Shown here: positions 12,230 through 24,500 of the stretch, piece by piece
How the letters are laid out: the number at the start of each line of letters is the position of its first letter
Position numbering within the stretch: the stretch's first letter is position 1
Assembly: GCA_964187785.1 (NCBI GenBank)
Contig: CAXLNC010000756.1
Coordinates: 1-64,000 of the forward strand
Source of the DNA: Amphiscolops sp. MND2022
Taxonomy: Eukaryota
DNA: 64,000 nucleotides
Direction of reading: 5' to 3'
Notes under the pieces: model-generated
Told to the model about the DNA's origin: nothing
The model's database searches: none
Seen by the model: the letters and a program-made list of their open reading frames with translations, nothing else
Translations under genes and position numbers: made by a program

Positions 12230-12315
12230 ACTTCAACCTTAGTCGACGCAACGATGAAGTAGCAATGTGAATTCCGTGTATTCATTGCTGAGGTTGCGTT
12301 GACCTAAGTTGAAGT
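12230..12315. other. Imperfect long hairpin (inverted repeat)
   Basis: acttcaaccttagtcgacgcaac...agcaatgtgaat / attcattgct...gttgcgttgacctaagttgaagt. Confidence 0.6.
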
Positions 12316-12499
12316 GCAGTTTGACTAATTTGCTACGTAGTGCTGACTCAACGTTGGATAGACATTGCTTCCATTCTAGTGACGTAGCATCGAAGTATTC
12401 TGAAATACCTACCTACGCTTTGACGGAACTGTGACGTCACAAGCTTTTTCTCTGGAATCGGTTATTCTTTGGTTACAATGATAAATTAGTCCCACCCAC

Positions 12500-13560
12500 A
12501 ATGCAGCCCGGGCGCGCACTGCCACAGGTCCACTGGCATGGGACGGAACACTTTTCATAGGTTATACTACATCTTACTAGTACTCATCTTACTAGTACAT
12601 AGTACTCATAGGTTGTACTACATCTCGTAAATATTATGGCCTGCTGCATTGAACCACCACACCGGCTCCTTTAGTTGCTGCCCGATTGTTCAATGACTCA
12701 AGCCTGTCTTGTTCATCTTTCTTCTGCTGTCCTGGAGGCTGGTTGAAGGTAGATTGACTGTCTTCTTGGGGGAAATAGTTAATCGTATCGATCGAGTTGT
12801 CCTTTACACTCTGTGGAAGTTTGTAGGCATTCCAAGATTGTTCAGGACGTTTGTCTTCTCAAGTTAGGCAGGGAGGTATATACCTGCGCAGCTCTCCTTC
12901 TTCGTTCTCGTCTGTTGATCAATTGTTTGACTTCGAATGAAGCATTCATTTATTGTTTGTATCGGATGCTATCAACGTTGATTCTTTGACAAAAGGGTTA
13001 ATTTTTCTTTTGAATTAGCGGGATGCTTTCCTGACTTCTGATTGAGACTCAGCTTCTTTCAATCTTTTCAAATCACAAGGGTTGACATTTTGCCAAAGTC
13101 GCTTTTTGTTAGCTAATTTTACACTCTTCTAATCGGTTTCTCATTCTTCAAACTGTTTCTTTTTGCATCTGCTGACGTCATTATGAAACCAATTTGTAAT
13201 GGGCTGTTTTTTTCGGATTCACTGCTGTTTCTATGGACACTCATCTCCCATTTTCCTTTCGTCGTCTTGACTCATGTTCACACAGCGGTTATGAGACAAA
13301 GTATGTTTTTTCGAAGGGTTATTTGCTTCTGCGATATTCAGATTGGCTGTCCAGCAGTTGGTGACTTCATCATTTTCGATCCATTAAGCATTCCCGAATA
13401 GGAAGCAATAACAGATAGGTCTTCTTTGTTTTCGTATTTCCGAAGATTAGATTTTGTGACGCGTCTTGATATATCTATACTCTTATAATCAATCATCATC
13501 CACCACCCAATTTTTGAATGTCTAGAATTGAGATATGTATCTTGAGTTTTAATGTATCTA
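12500..13560 (-). pseudogene. Highly degraded gag-like remnant
   Basis: Coiled-coil/low-complexity residue pattern followed by a knuckle-like relic (KEPVWWFNAAGHNIYEM*YNL); many stops. Confidence 0.3.
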
Positions 13561-13821
13561 ATTTATATTGAATGGCATACCTTATACTGTAAAGCCATTA
13601 CCTGATGTATAACCGTTCAAAACTTCAAAAAAGTCTTCACCGTCAAGTTGTCAGCGTTTTCTAAAGACCTAACAACTCAGTTAGAGTCTCCTTTAAAGAC
13701 TTCATTTCACGATTCTGAAATAATCTAAATTAAAGAAACCATTCCAATTCAAAAACAAGTACTCTCACTAGTGCGACCAGCTCATCTCCCTTCTTTCCTT
13801 CCATTCTCTATTATAACTTTT

Positions 13822-14172
13822 TGTAATAGTCACCCCTTGATTCGATATTTCCAATATCGGTACACAAATCCTTCTGTACTAATCACAAAAAGTGATTCGA
13901 CTAATTGTCGGTACAAAACAACTTTTCTTCTGTACTAACCATTCTTCAAAACTGGTTCGACCTCGTAGTCGGTAAATTCATCTCTTCTGTAATAATCACA
14001 ACGAGTTATTCAGCTTCGTGCTGGTGCACTTAAACCTTCTGTACTAATCAAGTTGATTCGACTCATGTCGGTACAATTCACGTACTAACCTTCTTTGTTT
14101 CGACATTTGTGTAGGTACACTCTTTTCTGTACTAACCAAAAAACTCTTTAGTTCAACTTTTCTGTTGGTACA
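13822..14172 (+). repeat. Array of 7 structured three-way-junction units in a family-B 5' leader (copy 1)
   Basis: Consensus TGTAC-T-AA(T/C)CA(C)-loop-(G)TG(A/G)TT-CGAC-loop-GTCG-GTACA, with compensatory stems CGAC/GTCG, CAGC/GCTG, CAAC/GTTG, CGATAT/ATATCG. Confidence 0.85.
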
Positions 14173-14439
14173 ACTCGAATAAAAAACTTTTTTTATAGTT
14201 TAAATGTCTCCTTTTTTGTTTTTTAATGACTTCGTTGGCCTCCTTGCGATCGTTCTTCTTGTCGTCGACAAATTTATGATGGATTTCATTACCTGATGAA
14301 TCTTTTTCAACTCAAAATCAATGTTTCTAACCAAAAATCATGCACCTATAATCATTGTTTCATTCAATTCTGGCAAACTTGTTTTTCTCATGTCCTTATT
14401 AAAAAATAGTCACATCCCTTTCCGCTAATTTCCAACGGT

Positions 14440-15527
14440 ACACATGAACCCTTCCCATTCCCATCAACCATAAACTCTGCTTTTTCATAACTCAATTTTG
14501 ATATCATTTTCCCTACTGTTTTTAATCACACCTCCGCTAAATGTTCAACCTCTCTCCTTTCTTATATTTTAGCTTCTCTTTCTTCTCCAACCTTATCATG
14601 GCTGTTTCACAATTCATGATAAATACGAATTTTATCCTCTTCCAATGACATTCTTTCATTTTCTCCTTGTTTCTCACACTCAAAATTTATTCCTGAAACT
14701 CCATGGTAAGATTTTCATCCACTCCCCACTGAACCGTTTATTTACCCTGATATCATTTTCGATCTTGGTTCAGATACTACCTTCATCGTCATTCATAATG
14801 TCTGATCAACCTCCTTCTTTCCTTCTCCATTAACCTTTTCCAATAATGATTCCCATTCTCGGCTTTCACGCGAAACCACCCAAAATTTAACCGAACTCTT
14901 CAAAAATCGTATTTATTACTCAACAGTTCCTCTTTCCTATGAAACAGACCCTGAATATATTTACACTATATCTCCTATACGTGAACATCACGACTCATAT
15001 ATTTATCACGACACACAATCTTAAGTAAAAACTCCTGGTGAATCTTCATTTTCCATTTCTTTTGCTTTTCCCCTTCAATCTAATGAAATCTTCCGTAAAA
15101 AATTCTAACCCAATATTTACAATCCTATTGCTCTTCTTTTCACCATACTTCTCATAAATCTCTGAGAAAGGAATAACCTCCTACCTCAACATGATTTCAC
15201 TCCCTCTGCTATACAGGAACTCCTCCCAAAAGAAACTCTTTTTGACCTTCCCATTAATAAACAACTTCGCACTATTTAACATAACCCCCATCATTCGCTC
15301 TCTACCAATATTTTTCAAACTCACCACTTTCAATTACATTTTTTTTCAAAATCTCACTTTAACTGCGCAATTTAGAGAAGTAATTCAAATCTACTCTCTT
15401 TTTATTCGAAAAAAAATAGACACAGTTACCAATTTGTTTGGAGTTCTAAAATCGCTTGCATTATATTCCTTTCCCAATTCTCTAAAGTTGAAGTCCTACC
15501 TTCTTCCGCTACCTCTGAGAATCATCA
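14440..15527 (+). pseudogene. gag: Family-B gag N-terminal fragment (duplicated at 16447-17534)
   Basis: 15300-15527 aligns with 37680-37960 (gag region of B2: ...tacctctga(g/a)aatcatcat); C/T-rich, G-poor sense strand typical of family B. Confidence 0.55.
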
Positions 15528-15828
15528 TGCGGATTGAAAATAGTGACCCTTACAAGTGAAAGAGGAGTCAATGATGAAAACAGTGTCTGAAATTGCTTCA
15601 AATTGGAATCTCAGGTCCGTCCATGTGGAAGACTGGGTAAATTCCTGATAGAATGAAGTTGTAGTTAATCGGTGAAGTTGTAGGCCACGGAGGCGAAGAA
15701 GGAGGCGGACGAAAAGAAGTTTCAAAAACAAAAGAAAACTGAATTCTGGATTTTTTGTGGCGCTATTTTGATTTGTATCATAAACACGTTACACACGTTC
15801 TTTCCTTCCATTCTCTATTATAACTTTT

Positions 15829-16179
15829 TGTAATAGTCACCCCTTGATTCGATATTTCCAATATCGGTACACAAATCCTTCTGTACTAATCACAAAAAGT
15901 GATTCGACTAATTGTCGGTACAAAACAACTTTTCTTCTGTACTAACCATTCTTCAAAACTGGTTCGACCTCGTAGTCGGTAAATTCATCTCTTCTGTAAT
16001 AATCACAACGAGTTATTCAGCTTCGTGCTGGTGCACTTAAACCTTCTGTACTAATCAAGTTGATTCGACTCATGTCGGTACAATTCACGTACTAACCTTC
16101 TTTGTTTCGACATTTGTGTAGGTACACTCTTTTCTGTACTAACCAAAAAACTCTTTAGTTCAACTTTTCTGTTGGTACA
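15829..16179 (+). repeat. Array of 7 structured units (copy 2, inside the tandem duplication)
   Basis: Same as 13822-14172, offset +2007. Confidence 0.85.
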
Positions 16180-17534
16180 ACTCGAAAAAAAAACTTTTTT
16201 TATAGTTTAAATGTCTCCTTTTTTGTTTTTTAATGACTTCGTTGGCCTCCTTGCGATCGTTCTTCTTGTCGTCGACAAATTTATGATGGATTTCATTACC
16301 TGATGAATCTTTTTCAACTCAAAATCAATGTTTCTAACCAAAAATCATGCACCTATAATCATTGTTTCATTCAATTCTGGCAAACTTGTTTTTCTCATGT
16401 CCTTATTAAAAAATAGTCACATCCCTTTCCGCTAATTTCCAACGGTACACATGAACCCTTCCCATTCCCATCAACCATAAACTCTGCTTTTTCATAACTC
16501 AATTTTGATATCATTTTCCCTACTGTTTTTAATCACACCTCCGCTAAATGTTCAACCTCTCTCCTTTCTTATATTTTAGCTTCTCTTTCTTCTCCAACCT
16601 TATCATGGCTGTTTCACAATTCATGATAAATACGAATTTTATCCTCTTCCAATGACATTCTTTCATTTTCTCCTTGTTTCTCACACTCAAAATTTATTCC
16701 TGAAACTCCATGGTAAGATTTTCATCCACTCCCCACTGAACCGTTTATTTACCCTGATATCATTTTCGATCTTGGTTCAGATACTACCTTCATCGTCATT
16801 CATAATGTCTGATCAACCTCCTTCTTTCCTTCTCCATTAACCTTTTCCAATAATGATTCCCATTCTCGGCTTTCACGCGAAACCACCCAAAATTTAACCG
16901 AACTCTTCAAAAATCGTATTTATTACTCAACAGTTCCTCTTTCTTATGAAACAGACCCTGAATATATTTACACTATATCTCCTATACGTGAACATCACGA
17001 CTCATATATTTATCACGACACACAATCTTAAGTAAAAACTCCTGGTGAATCTTCATTTTCCATTTCTTTTGCTTTTCCCCTTCAATCTAATGAAATCTTC
17101 CGTAAAAAATTCTAACCCAATATTTACAATCCTATTGCTCTTCTTTTCACCATACTTCTCATAAATCTCTGAGAAAGGAATAACCTCCTACCTCAACATG
17201 ATTTCACTCCCTCTGCTATACAGGAACTCCTCCCAAAAGAAACTCTTTTTGACCTTCCCATTAATAAACAACTTCGCACTATTTAACATAACCCCCATCA
17301 TTCGCTCTCTACCAATATTTTTCAAACTCACCACTTTCAATTACATTTTTTTTCAAAATCTCACTTTAACTGCGCAATTTAGAGAAGTAATTCAAATCTA
17401 CTCTCTTTTTATTCGAAAAAAAATAGACACAGTTACCAATTTGTTTGGAGTTCTAAAATCGCTTGCATTATATTCCTTTCCCAATTCTCTAAAGTTGAAG
17501 TCCTACCTTCTTCCGCTACCTCTGAGAATCATCA

Positions 17535-19330
17535 TGCGGATTGAAAATAGTGACCCTTACAAGTGAAAGAGGAGTCAATGATGAAAACAGTGTCTGAAAT
17601 TGCTTCAAATTGGAATCTCAGGTCCGTCCATGTGGAAGACTGGGTAAATTCCTGATAGAATGAAGTTGTAGTTAATCGGTGAAGTTGTAGGCCACGGAGG
17701 CGAAGAAGGAGGCGGACGAAAAGAAGTTTCAAAAACAAAAGAAAACTGAATTCTGGATTTTTTGTGGCGCTATTTTGATTTGTATCATAAACACGTTACA
17801 CAAAAAATACCTGTGCTAGAAGTTTTCTATGATAGAGTTCCAAATTTTGATGTTCAAATAGGAATTAGGAAAAAAGAAATATGTTTTAAAAGTACCATAA
17901 ATGTAAAAAAATGTTGGGTTCCCATACTAAACTTAGGAAACATTTCGAAAATTTAACATGACAGACAATTTGTCAAACGTAGTTTGAGAAGTTGTAGTGG
18001 GAGATCTATGGGGTGCAATATGAGTAGATTTGTGTTCTGTATTTTGTTCAGATTTAAACATGAACGAAATGACTTTTGCAGAGATAAAGAGGAGTTCATT
18101 ATAAGCGTAGGCCTCTTTAGAATGAGATGTATAATAAGACGTGTCTTTGTCGTCGAGAGGTGAAGAGACAAGATGTTCAAAAACTGCTATTGGTTGACTA
18201 TTTGTTTGGGAATGTTGCAGGGCAACCAAAAATTGTCGTATTGTATGAGATGATCTTGAGGCACAATGAGTGGACGAGTTGTATCATTATGGGTAAGAAG
18301 ACAAGAGTACTGTTTGATGGGATCGTAGTTACGTAGGTATCCCGTAATTTTGGAGTGTTCAAGTGTATATAGAGTTGTCAATGCGAAAGGAGAAATGTTT
18401 TTGTAGTTTGCGAAAATATAGTTCTGTGGTTTTTTGTACTGGATAAATTTAGTAGGAGTTTGATAATGTGTGGCCTTTTGTGAAGTAAAAAGAAATGAAT
18501 GGTCAGTTTCATCTGTTCCGAAATCGTAGATAGACTAGTGAAGAAAGTTAAATTGCAACGAAAAGAGTTTTACGGCGTTGTCAAGCCAGTATTGGTATCG
18601 GGACATTAGTTTGGAGGCAATGGATGTGAAAAAATCTTGATCTTTATCATACACTTTAAATGTGTAGTCGGTAGGGTGCATGTAAAGAGAAGTTAGTTGT
18701 GATTTAAAAGTGAATATGTCGTGAGGATTGGTATCATATGATCATCTCTAATCTAGGAGATTAAAGGTTTTGAAGGTAAATTATGTGGATATATAGGCAA
18801 GGGAAGACACGCCGGATCTTTCATATTTTCATATTTCGTTTTTGGCGGTGGTGGTGTTCCACGAGATATATCATTATTAGTTGTTTCAGGGGGTGTGCGC
18901 TCTTGTGGAGATAGATTATGATGTTCGATTTGATCAAAATTAGTAGTAGGTTGATCTTGGTCCAATTCTTCAAGGAAGAGAAATGTACAGTCATTAAATA
19001 GAGGTTGAGTTACAAAACAAGATCAGTAGTGTTTTGTTTGCTTGTGTCATATTGAAGATACTATTCTGAACCTACGCGAACGAATGGCTTTATCAGATGT
19101 TTTTGGTAGAGGTGCTGAAACTGTATTAACTGGAATATTTTGAAAAGTTTAGAAGTGAAGATAGACAGCCAAAACAGTTGAAGGATTTATTTTGGAGTGA
19201 CAATTTTGTGTTACAAGAACAATCTGCGCAAGAGAAGTGAAAATTCAGACTGGCGTAGGTTTTAAAAGATGGCGGAGTAAAGGGGTAATTTGTTTTGGAA
19301 TTCACTTTGACAGGACTTTCATTTTCATCA
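17535..19330 (-). pseudogene. Post-env distal accessory ORF region (W) of B1, unknown function
   Basis: ORF pieces 18753-18965, 17933-18229, 17532-17738; the LLFVRLLLRLRGLQLHRLTTTSFYQEF...DLRFQFEAIS segment resembles B2 55647-56177. Confidence 0.5.
17763..17802. mobile_element. 40-bp TGTG...CACA insertion at a TTTTT^AAAAA site (also at 15756-15795)
   Basis: tgtggcgctattttgatttgtatcataaacacgttacaca; removing it restores a continuous - strand frame KTSSTGIFKNPEFSFLLFLKLLF. Confidence 0.5.
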
Positions 19331-20430
19331 TTGATAGGATGTATTTACAGTTTGGATTGACAATTGAATATTGAGGTAATGTAGAGTTTGGTAATTGTGA
19401 AGTATTGCTGATGGTGTTCTTAGTTTGTTTAAGAAAAGATCTTATACGTTTTGAAACGAATTCAAATCGTGTGAATTTGGAATTCGTTTTTGGACGTTTT
19501 GTATATAAAGGTGGTGGTGAATTAATTCCAGGAGGATTAGCAGTAGGAATTGTAGGATCATCTGAATTATCAGAAGATTCATCTAATGGGTGTTAAAATA
19601 TAGTTGACAGGGGAAGTTGTTGTGAACTTTTATTGGGTGGTAATGGTCTTTGAGTCTGCAGTCATGATGGAAAAAAAAGAGGTTTGTCATCTTCTGAGCA
19701 TCAGACGGAAGATAAAGATCTGTATCAGTTAGTTCAATAGGACTGGCATGTGTATTATATAAAAGCAGGAAATAGAGAGTAATGTTTGTTAGGGAAAAGA
19801 GTGTTTTTGTATCAAAACGATGTAGTATACTTAAGTATAGGGACCGTAAAATACAATTTTGCCATATTCTAAAGCAGGAAGTTTAAGGCTCGCGGTTAAA
19901 ATCTAGATACGTGACTTCAAGTGAAGGTGGTGTTGTCTTGTGTCCTTTTTTAACGATGTGAAATACTGGATGAGGGTTTAGGCCATGAAACGTAAGTTTA
20001 ACTTCAAACTTCAGTTCTAAAATAGGGTTTGTAGTCTTCTAAGATCTGTTTATTTTCTTGTGTTTGATAGTGAATCGTTACTTGCAATGAAACGTTCTGT
20101 AGGAATGGGAAAACGAGGATTGTTTTTGGGTTGTCTAGTGTGGCACCGTCAACGCGTATAGAAGAGTCTGCATAATTAGGAAATGGATGTCGAGAATGTT
20201 CTGCTATAAAACTTTTATTTATTCTCACGTGTGCAGGAACATGATTAGGGATGAGAACTTCACAAAATAGGTTGCCTGAAAGATATGCAGTTTGTACGTC
20301 TGAAGACAGTTAATGAAGCGTTGTCAACACGCGATGTAAAATAGGATTGTGGAAAGTGTTCTGAAGAGAGTCTATCAGAAGATCGAGGTTATGCTTGTCG
20401 TCTTGAAAGACGTGATGCTGAATTACTTTT
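19330..20430 (-). repeat. Second, env-deleted copy of the pre-env/post-env cassette of B1
   Basis: 19700-20428 matches 22882-23600 (ORFs 20004-20228 vs 23200-23412); 19330-19660 matches 20430-20760. Confidence 0.85.
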
Positions 20431-20689
20431 GTATTACAGTTTGGATCGACAGTTGAATAATGAGGTAATGTAGATTTGGTAACCGTGAAGTATTGCTGAT
20501 TTTGTTGTCATTCTTACTTTGTTCCTTAAAGGATCTTATACGTTTTGAAAAGAATTTAAACCGTGTCATATTTGGAATTTGTTTTTAGGCGTTTTTAATA
20601 AAAAGGTGATGGTAAAATAATTCCAGAAGGTTTAGCAGAAGGAAGTGTTGGATCTTCTGAATTATCCACTGTGTTAAGTTATAACTGTG

Positions 20690-22860
20690 TTAAGTTATAG
20701 TTGAAAGGGAAAGATGTTGTGAAATTTTAATGGGTGGTAATGGTCTTTCAGTCTGAGCATCATTTAGGTCTTTGACCATTTCAGTTGTAAAAATGTTGAA
20801 AAAACCATGTGCGATAGAACTAAAGAAAGTAATATTTTGTTTAAGAGTTGTTTATGGAAACTATTTTATAAAGTTTGATAAGAAATGTTAAGATTGATTC
20901 TACAAAAAAGGAATGTTGAAATATATATTCTACATTGAACATGGATATCCAAACAATGAAATAAAAGCATCAGAGAATCATGTGGGTGTAAAAAGTGAAG
21001 TTAAATTAGGAAGTTTGGCATGTAGTACATTACGAAATGTACTATGAGGATAATCATCCGGAGAACTTGCATCATAATTTTTGCGTATTAGAAGAGAAGA
21101 AGGAATAGCTATAAGCTTTTCCTAGGAGTAGTGAAAGTGTATCAGAGTGTTTTGAAAAGAGAATTCCGTTCCAAAATTGTTCAAATTCAGCATTAAAAAA
21201 TATACCAGCTTCTTGAGCTGTAATTGTATTAGGTCGTATTGTAGTTTTTCTTTGGCATAGTGTGTGTTTTTCGTTTAATTGGTTCAAGTCTAAGAATGTA
21301 GAAGTCTTGATCATCCAAACCGAGATCGAATTCAATGCTGATTCGAGGATTATTATCACATGCAATATGAGTAGCATAGTCATGTTTGTCTGGTAATTGG
21401 GTCTACGCACATAAGAGTATCTTCGAAATCTATAAGAACACGATTGAAACAACGATCAGCTTTGTATAACGGTATTGTAAAAGTGGACAATCATAAAGCC
21501 TTGCAGTTGAACCTGCAACAAAAAGAAAACTACTTCTGTTTCCTGTTGGAAGTAATCCAGCAAGTTGAGGATTTTGTAGTGACAATGCAAGTATTGTAAG
21601 TAATTGGTTTCGTTCTAGTTCACATACAGTATGAAGAGCGTTCAACTCTTGTACTGTCATGGAGCGAAAAAAATGGTTAACTGTTTAATCTATTTTTGTG
21701 TTTATACGTGTTTATACAGCAAATTTTTGTTTATTTATCATAATCAATTGGAGCTAGGTTATTTGAAACATTTAGTGCAGGTAAATGGTATTGGGTATTG
21801 TTAGGGTCTAAAACTATTTGCCCTGAGATATATTCATTTATTACAGAAGGAGCGTTTGGTTGTCCTGAATGCATGTTAAAACCATCAGTATATGTAACAA
21901 AAGATCTGAATTTTGTGCTGCATACAAAAGTTCTAGTTTGCTAAGAAGGTTTGAGCTTGTGGAAAGACTTCGAAGCGTGAAAGACTAGGATTGTGTGGGT
22001 TTTGTGTGTGTGGAGCATGTACGTATGGTAAAGGGGTTCCTTTTATACCATTGCTGATGTCCAATTTTTTTTGGAATGGAAGAATATACACAAAGTTCAG
22101 TTTCAATCCAGTAACGTTCTACTATCTTAGTCATTCGTCCAACAAAAGCTTGTAATGTAAAATTGAGACAAAAGTCATCACTAAACCAAACTAAAGTATG
22201 AGGAGTGTTTGTGGTTGGTTCAGAGAAACCATAGGCAAAATGACATGGTAATTGATGACCATCAAAAACGTGTTCAGTGTCATCATATTTAAGTTCTATT
22301 TCGGAAACTAAAAGTCGCCAACTGACTTGTTAACTTCAAATTGGCGATGAGCATGACAGTTATGAAGAGGGCTTCGTTTTGGATCATAAATCCAAGTTTT
22401 AGCTGCAGACATGAATGTAAAAGTACCAGTGTACATATTGGTACACTGATAGGAAGTAAAAAGAGTTTGAAATTGTTCTAGATTTTCTTGAAAATATTGA
22501 TCTTCAAAACGAATGATGTTTTTGTTGTAATTTAAGTTGTTCAAGGGTTTTTTATTAGTACCAATGAGATGTCTAATCAGGTCTTTACCTTCCAAAGGAT
22601 CAAACGTAACAGGAAAGGGCATCGTGTTATGGTTCCAAACAGTTCTATCAACGCTTCTATATTTTACAGAGCCTTGACAACATTATTTTTGTTGGCAAAA
22701 GCTTCACATTTGAAAACTTTAACGCGTTTATCTTTTGCGCGAACACAGAACCGTGCTTTAATAATAGCGTGTTGTTTATCAGATGGAGCTTAATTGAATT
22801 ATTTCACATTCAATGGGTTGAAAAAGTTATGTTGTTTTGCACAGTCATAATGGAAAATTA
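20690..22860 (-). pseudogene. env: env-like glycoprotein, chuvirus-G / gB-like class III fusogen motifs
   Basis: N-terminal YDCAKQHN..LNVK (22849), KCEA, MPFPVTFDPLEGKDLIRHL, LHTVCELERNQLLTILALSLQNPQLAGLLPTGNRSSFLFVAGSTARLYDCP (21430-21660), FWNGILFSKHSD, hydrophobic C-terminus SDAFISLFGYPC...SSIAHGFFNI. Confidence 0.75.
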
Positions 22861-22879
22861 TGAGGCTTGTCATATTTGG

Positions 22880-24500
22880 ATCATCAGACGGAAGATAAAG
22901 ATCCGTATCAGTTAATTCAATAGGACTGGCATGTGTATTATCTAGAAGCAGGAAATAGAGTGTAATATTTGTTAGGGAAAAGAGTGTTTTTGTATCAAAA
23001 GGTTGTAGTATACTTAAGTATAGGGACCGTACAGTACAATTCTGCCATAGTCTAAAGCAGGAAGTTTGAGGCTCGCGGTTAAAACCTAGATACGTGACTT
23101 CAAGTGGAGGTGGTGTTGTCTTGTGGTCTCTTTTAACGACGTGAAATATTGGATGAGGGTTTAGGCCTTGAAACGTAAGTTTAACTTCAAACTTCAGTTC
23201 TAAATTTGTGTTTTGTAGTCTTGCAAGTTCTGTTTTCTTTCTTGTGTTTGATAGTGAATCGTTAGTTGCAATGAAACGTTCTGTAGGAATGGGAAAACGA
23301 GGATCGTTTTTGGGTTGTAGATTGTGGCACCGTCAACGCGTATAGAAGAGTCTGCATAATTAGGAGTTGGATGTCGAGAATGTTCTGCTATAAAATTTTT
23401 AGGTATTCTCACGTGTGCAGGAACATTACTAGGCTTGAGAATTCCAGAAAATAGGTTGCCTGAAAGATATGCAGTTTGTACGTCTGAAGACAGTAATGAA
23501 GCGTTGTCAACACGCGATTTAAAGTAGGGTTGTGGAACGTGTTCTGAAGAGAGTCTATCAGAAGATCGAGGTTATGCTTGTCGTCTTGAACGACGTGATG
23601 CAGAATTACTTGAAAAAGCGGAAACGTTGAGTGTTGAAGTGTGGATACTAAGTCTTCGTGAAGGAACAGGTCTACAATACTATCTATGTTGTGGAAAGAA
23701 ACCTCAACTGGTAGAGTCTTGAGATTGTGGTAGGTATTCTGAAGAGGTGTTTGAAAGATTTGATAGTAAAGTGGATTGTTTTCGAATATGTTTGAGAGGA
23801 GGAGAGATTTTTGAAGTCTTGGAAGAGTTCGATTCCAAAGGTAAATGTAATGAGGGACGAGGAGAATATTCCGTATCAGGTGTATGTACAAGTTTTAGTT
23901 GAGGTTGAAGACGAGCTGTTTTGTGTAGCAGTGGTTGTATGTAGTTTACAAGTCTTGCAACAGTTTCTGGATTGGTTATGTGTGTCAAAGGAGTATGAAT
24001 GGTGATGGTTGAGATTGAGAACGGGAAGTAATAGGTATTTCGGATATAGGTGGTCTACTAATATGTGATACTGTTGTAGATACCGAAGAAGTTGTATCTG
24101 AGTTGTTATAACAGTTTGAGAGTCATCACGATACATATGCGGCAAAAGTGGAGTTTATCATCAAATGTATAGTGTAATTTTTTTGTAAAACAAGAACGAA
24201 CCGTATTCTAGTCAAACAGTGCATCATGTTCATCGCGGATTGTGATGCACATTGTAATCAGATTGTGGATTGTGATCATTGAGTGTAATTAGAGAGAAAT
24301 GGAAACCAGTTAAGAATTTTGGTACACAGTGAGTAAAAATAGCTTCAAACAATGCTTCCATTCGTGTGTGAAGTGGAAACCAGTCAAAGTACGTTTTTGT
24401 AGAGAGTGTAAAGTAGTCATTTACTGTATTTTGATCACTACGCGTAATTTCAAATGACACTGTAACGAGCAAAACTCTTAACGCGTTTCTGAAATGTGAT
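22880..24500 (-). pseudogene. Accessory ORF region between pol and env of B1
   Basis: Overlapping ORF remnants 24230-24472, 23876-24145, 23704-23988, 23409-23891, 23200-23412; the last is related to B2 47538-47990. Confidence 0.5.

Larger units (their letters stand above)
13791..17802 (+). repeat. 2007-bp near-perfect tandem duplication (13791-15795; 15798-17802)
   Basis: Identical ORF pairs offset by 2007 (14645/16652, 15191/17198, 15525/17532); only scattered SNPs seen. Confidence 0.97.

Noticed and set aside
13769-13780. Possible PBS (tagtgcgaccag) upstream of the structured array
   Set aside because: Lacks the TGG start and I cannot match it to a tRNA 3' end without the host tRNA set
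13822-14172. CRISPR-like repeat/spacer array
   Set aside because: Eukaryotic retroelement context, no cas genes, degenerate repeats, and the variable parts are 1-11 nt loops rather than ~30-nt spacers
15191-15559. 122-aa ORF as an intact gene
   Set aside because: Frameshifted mosaic of the gag fragment that reads across the inversion junction
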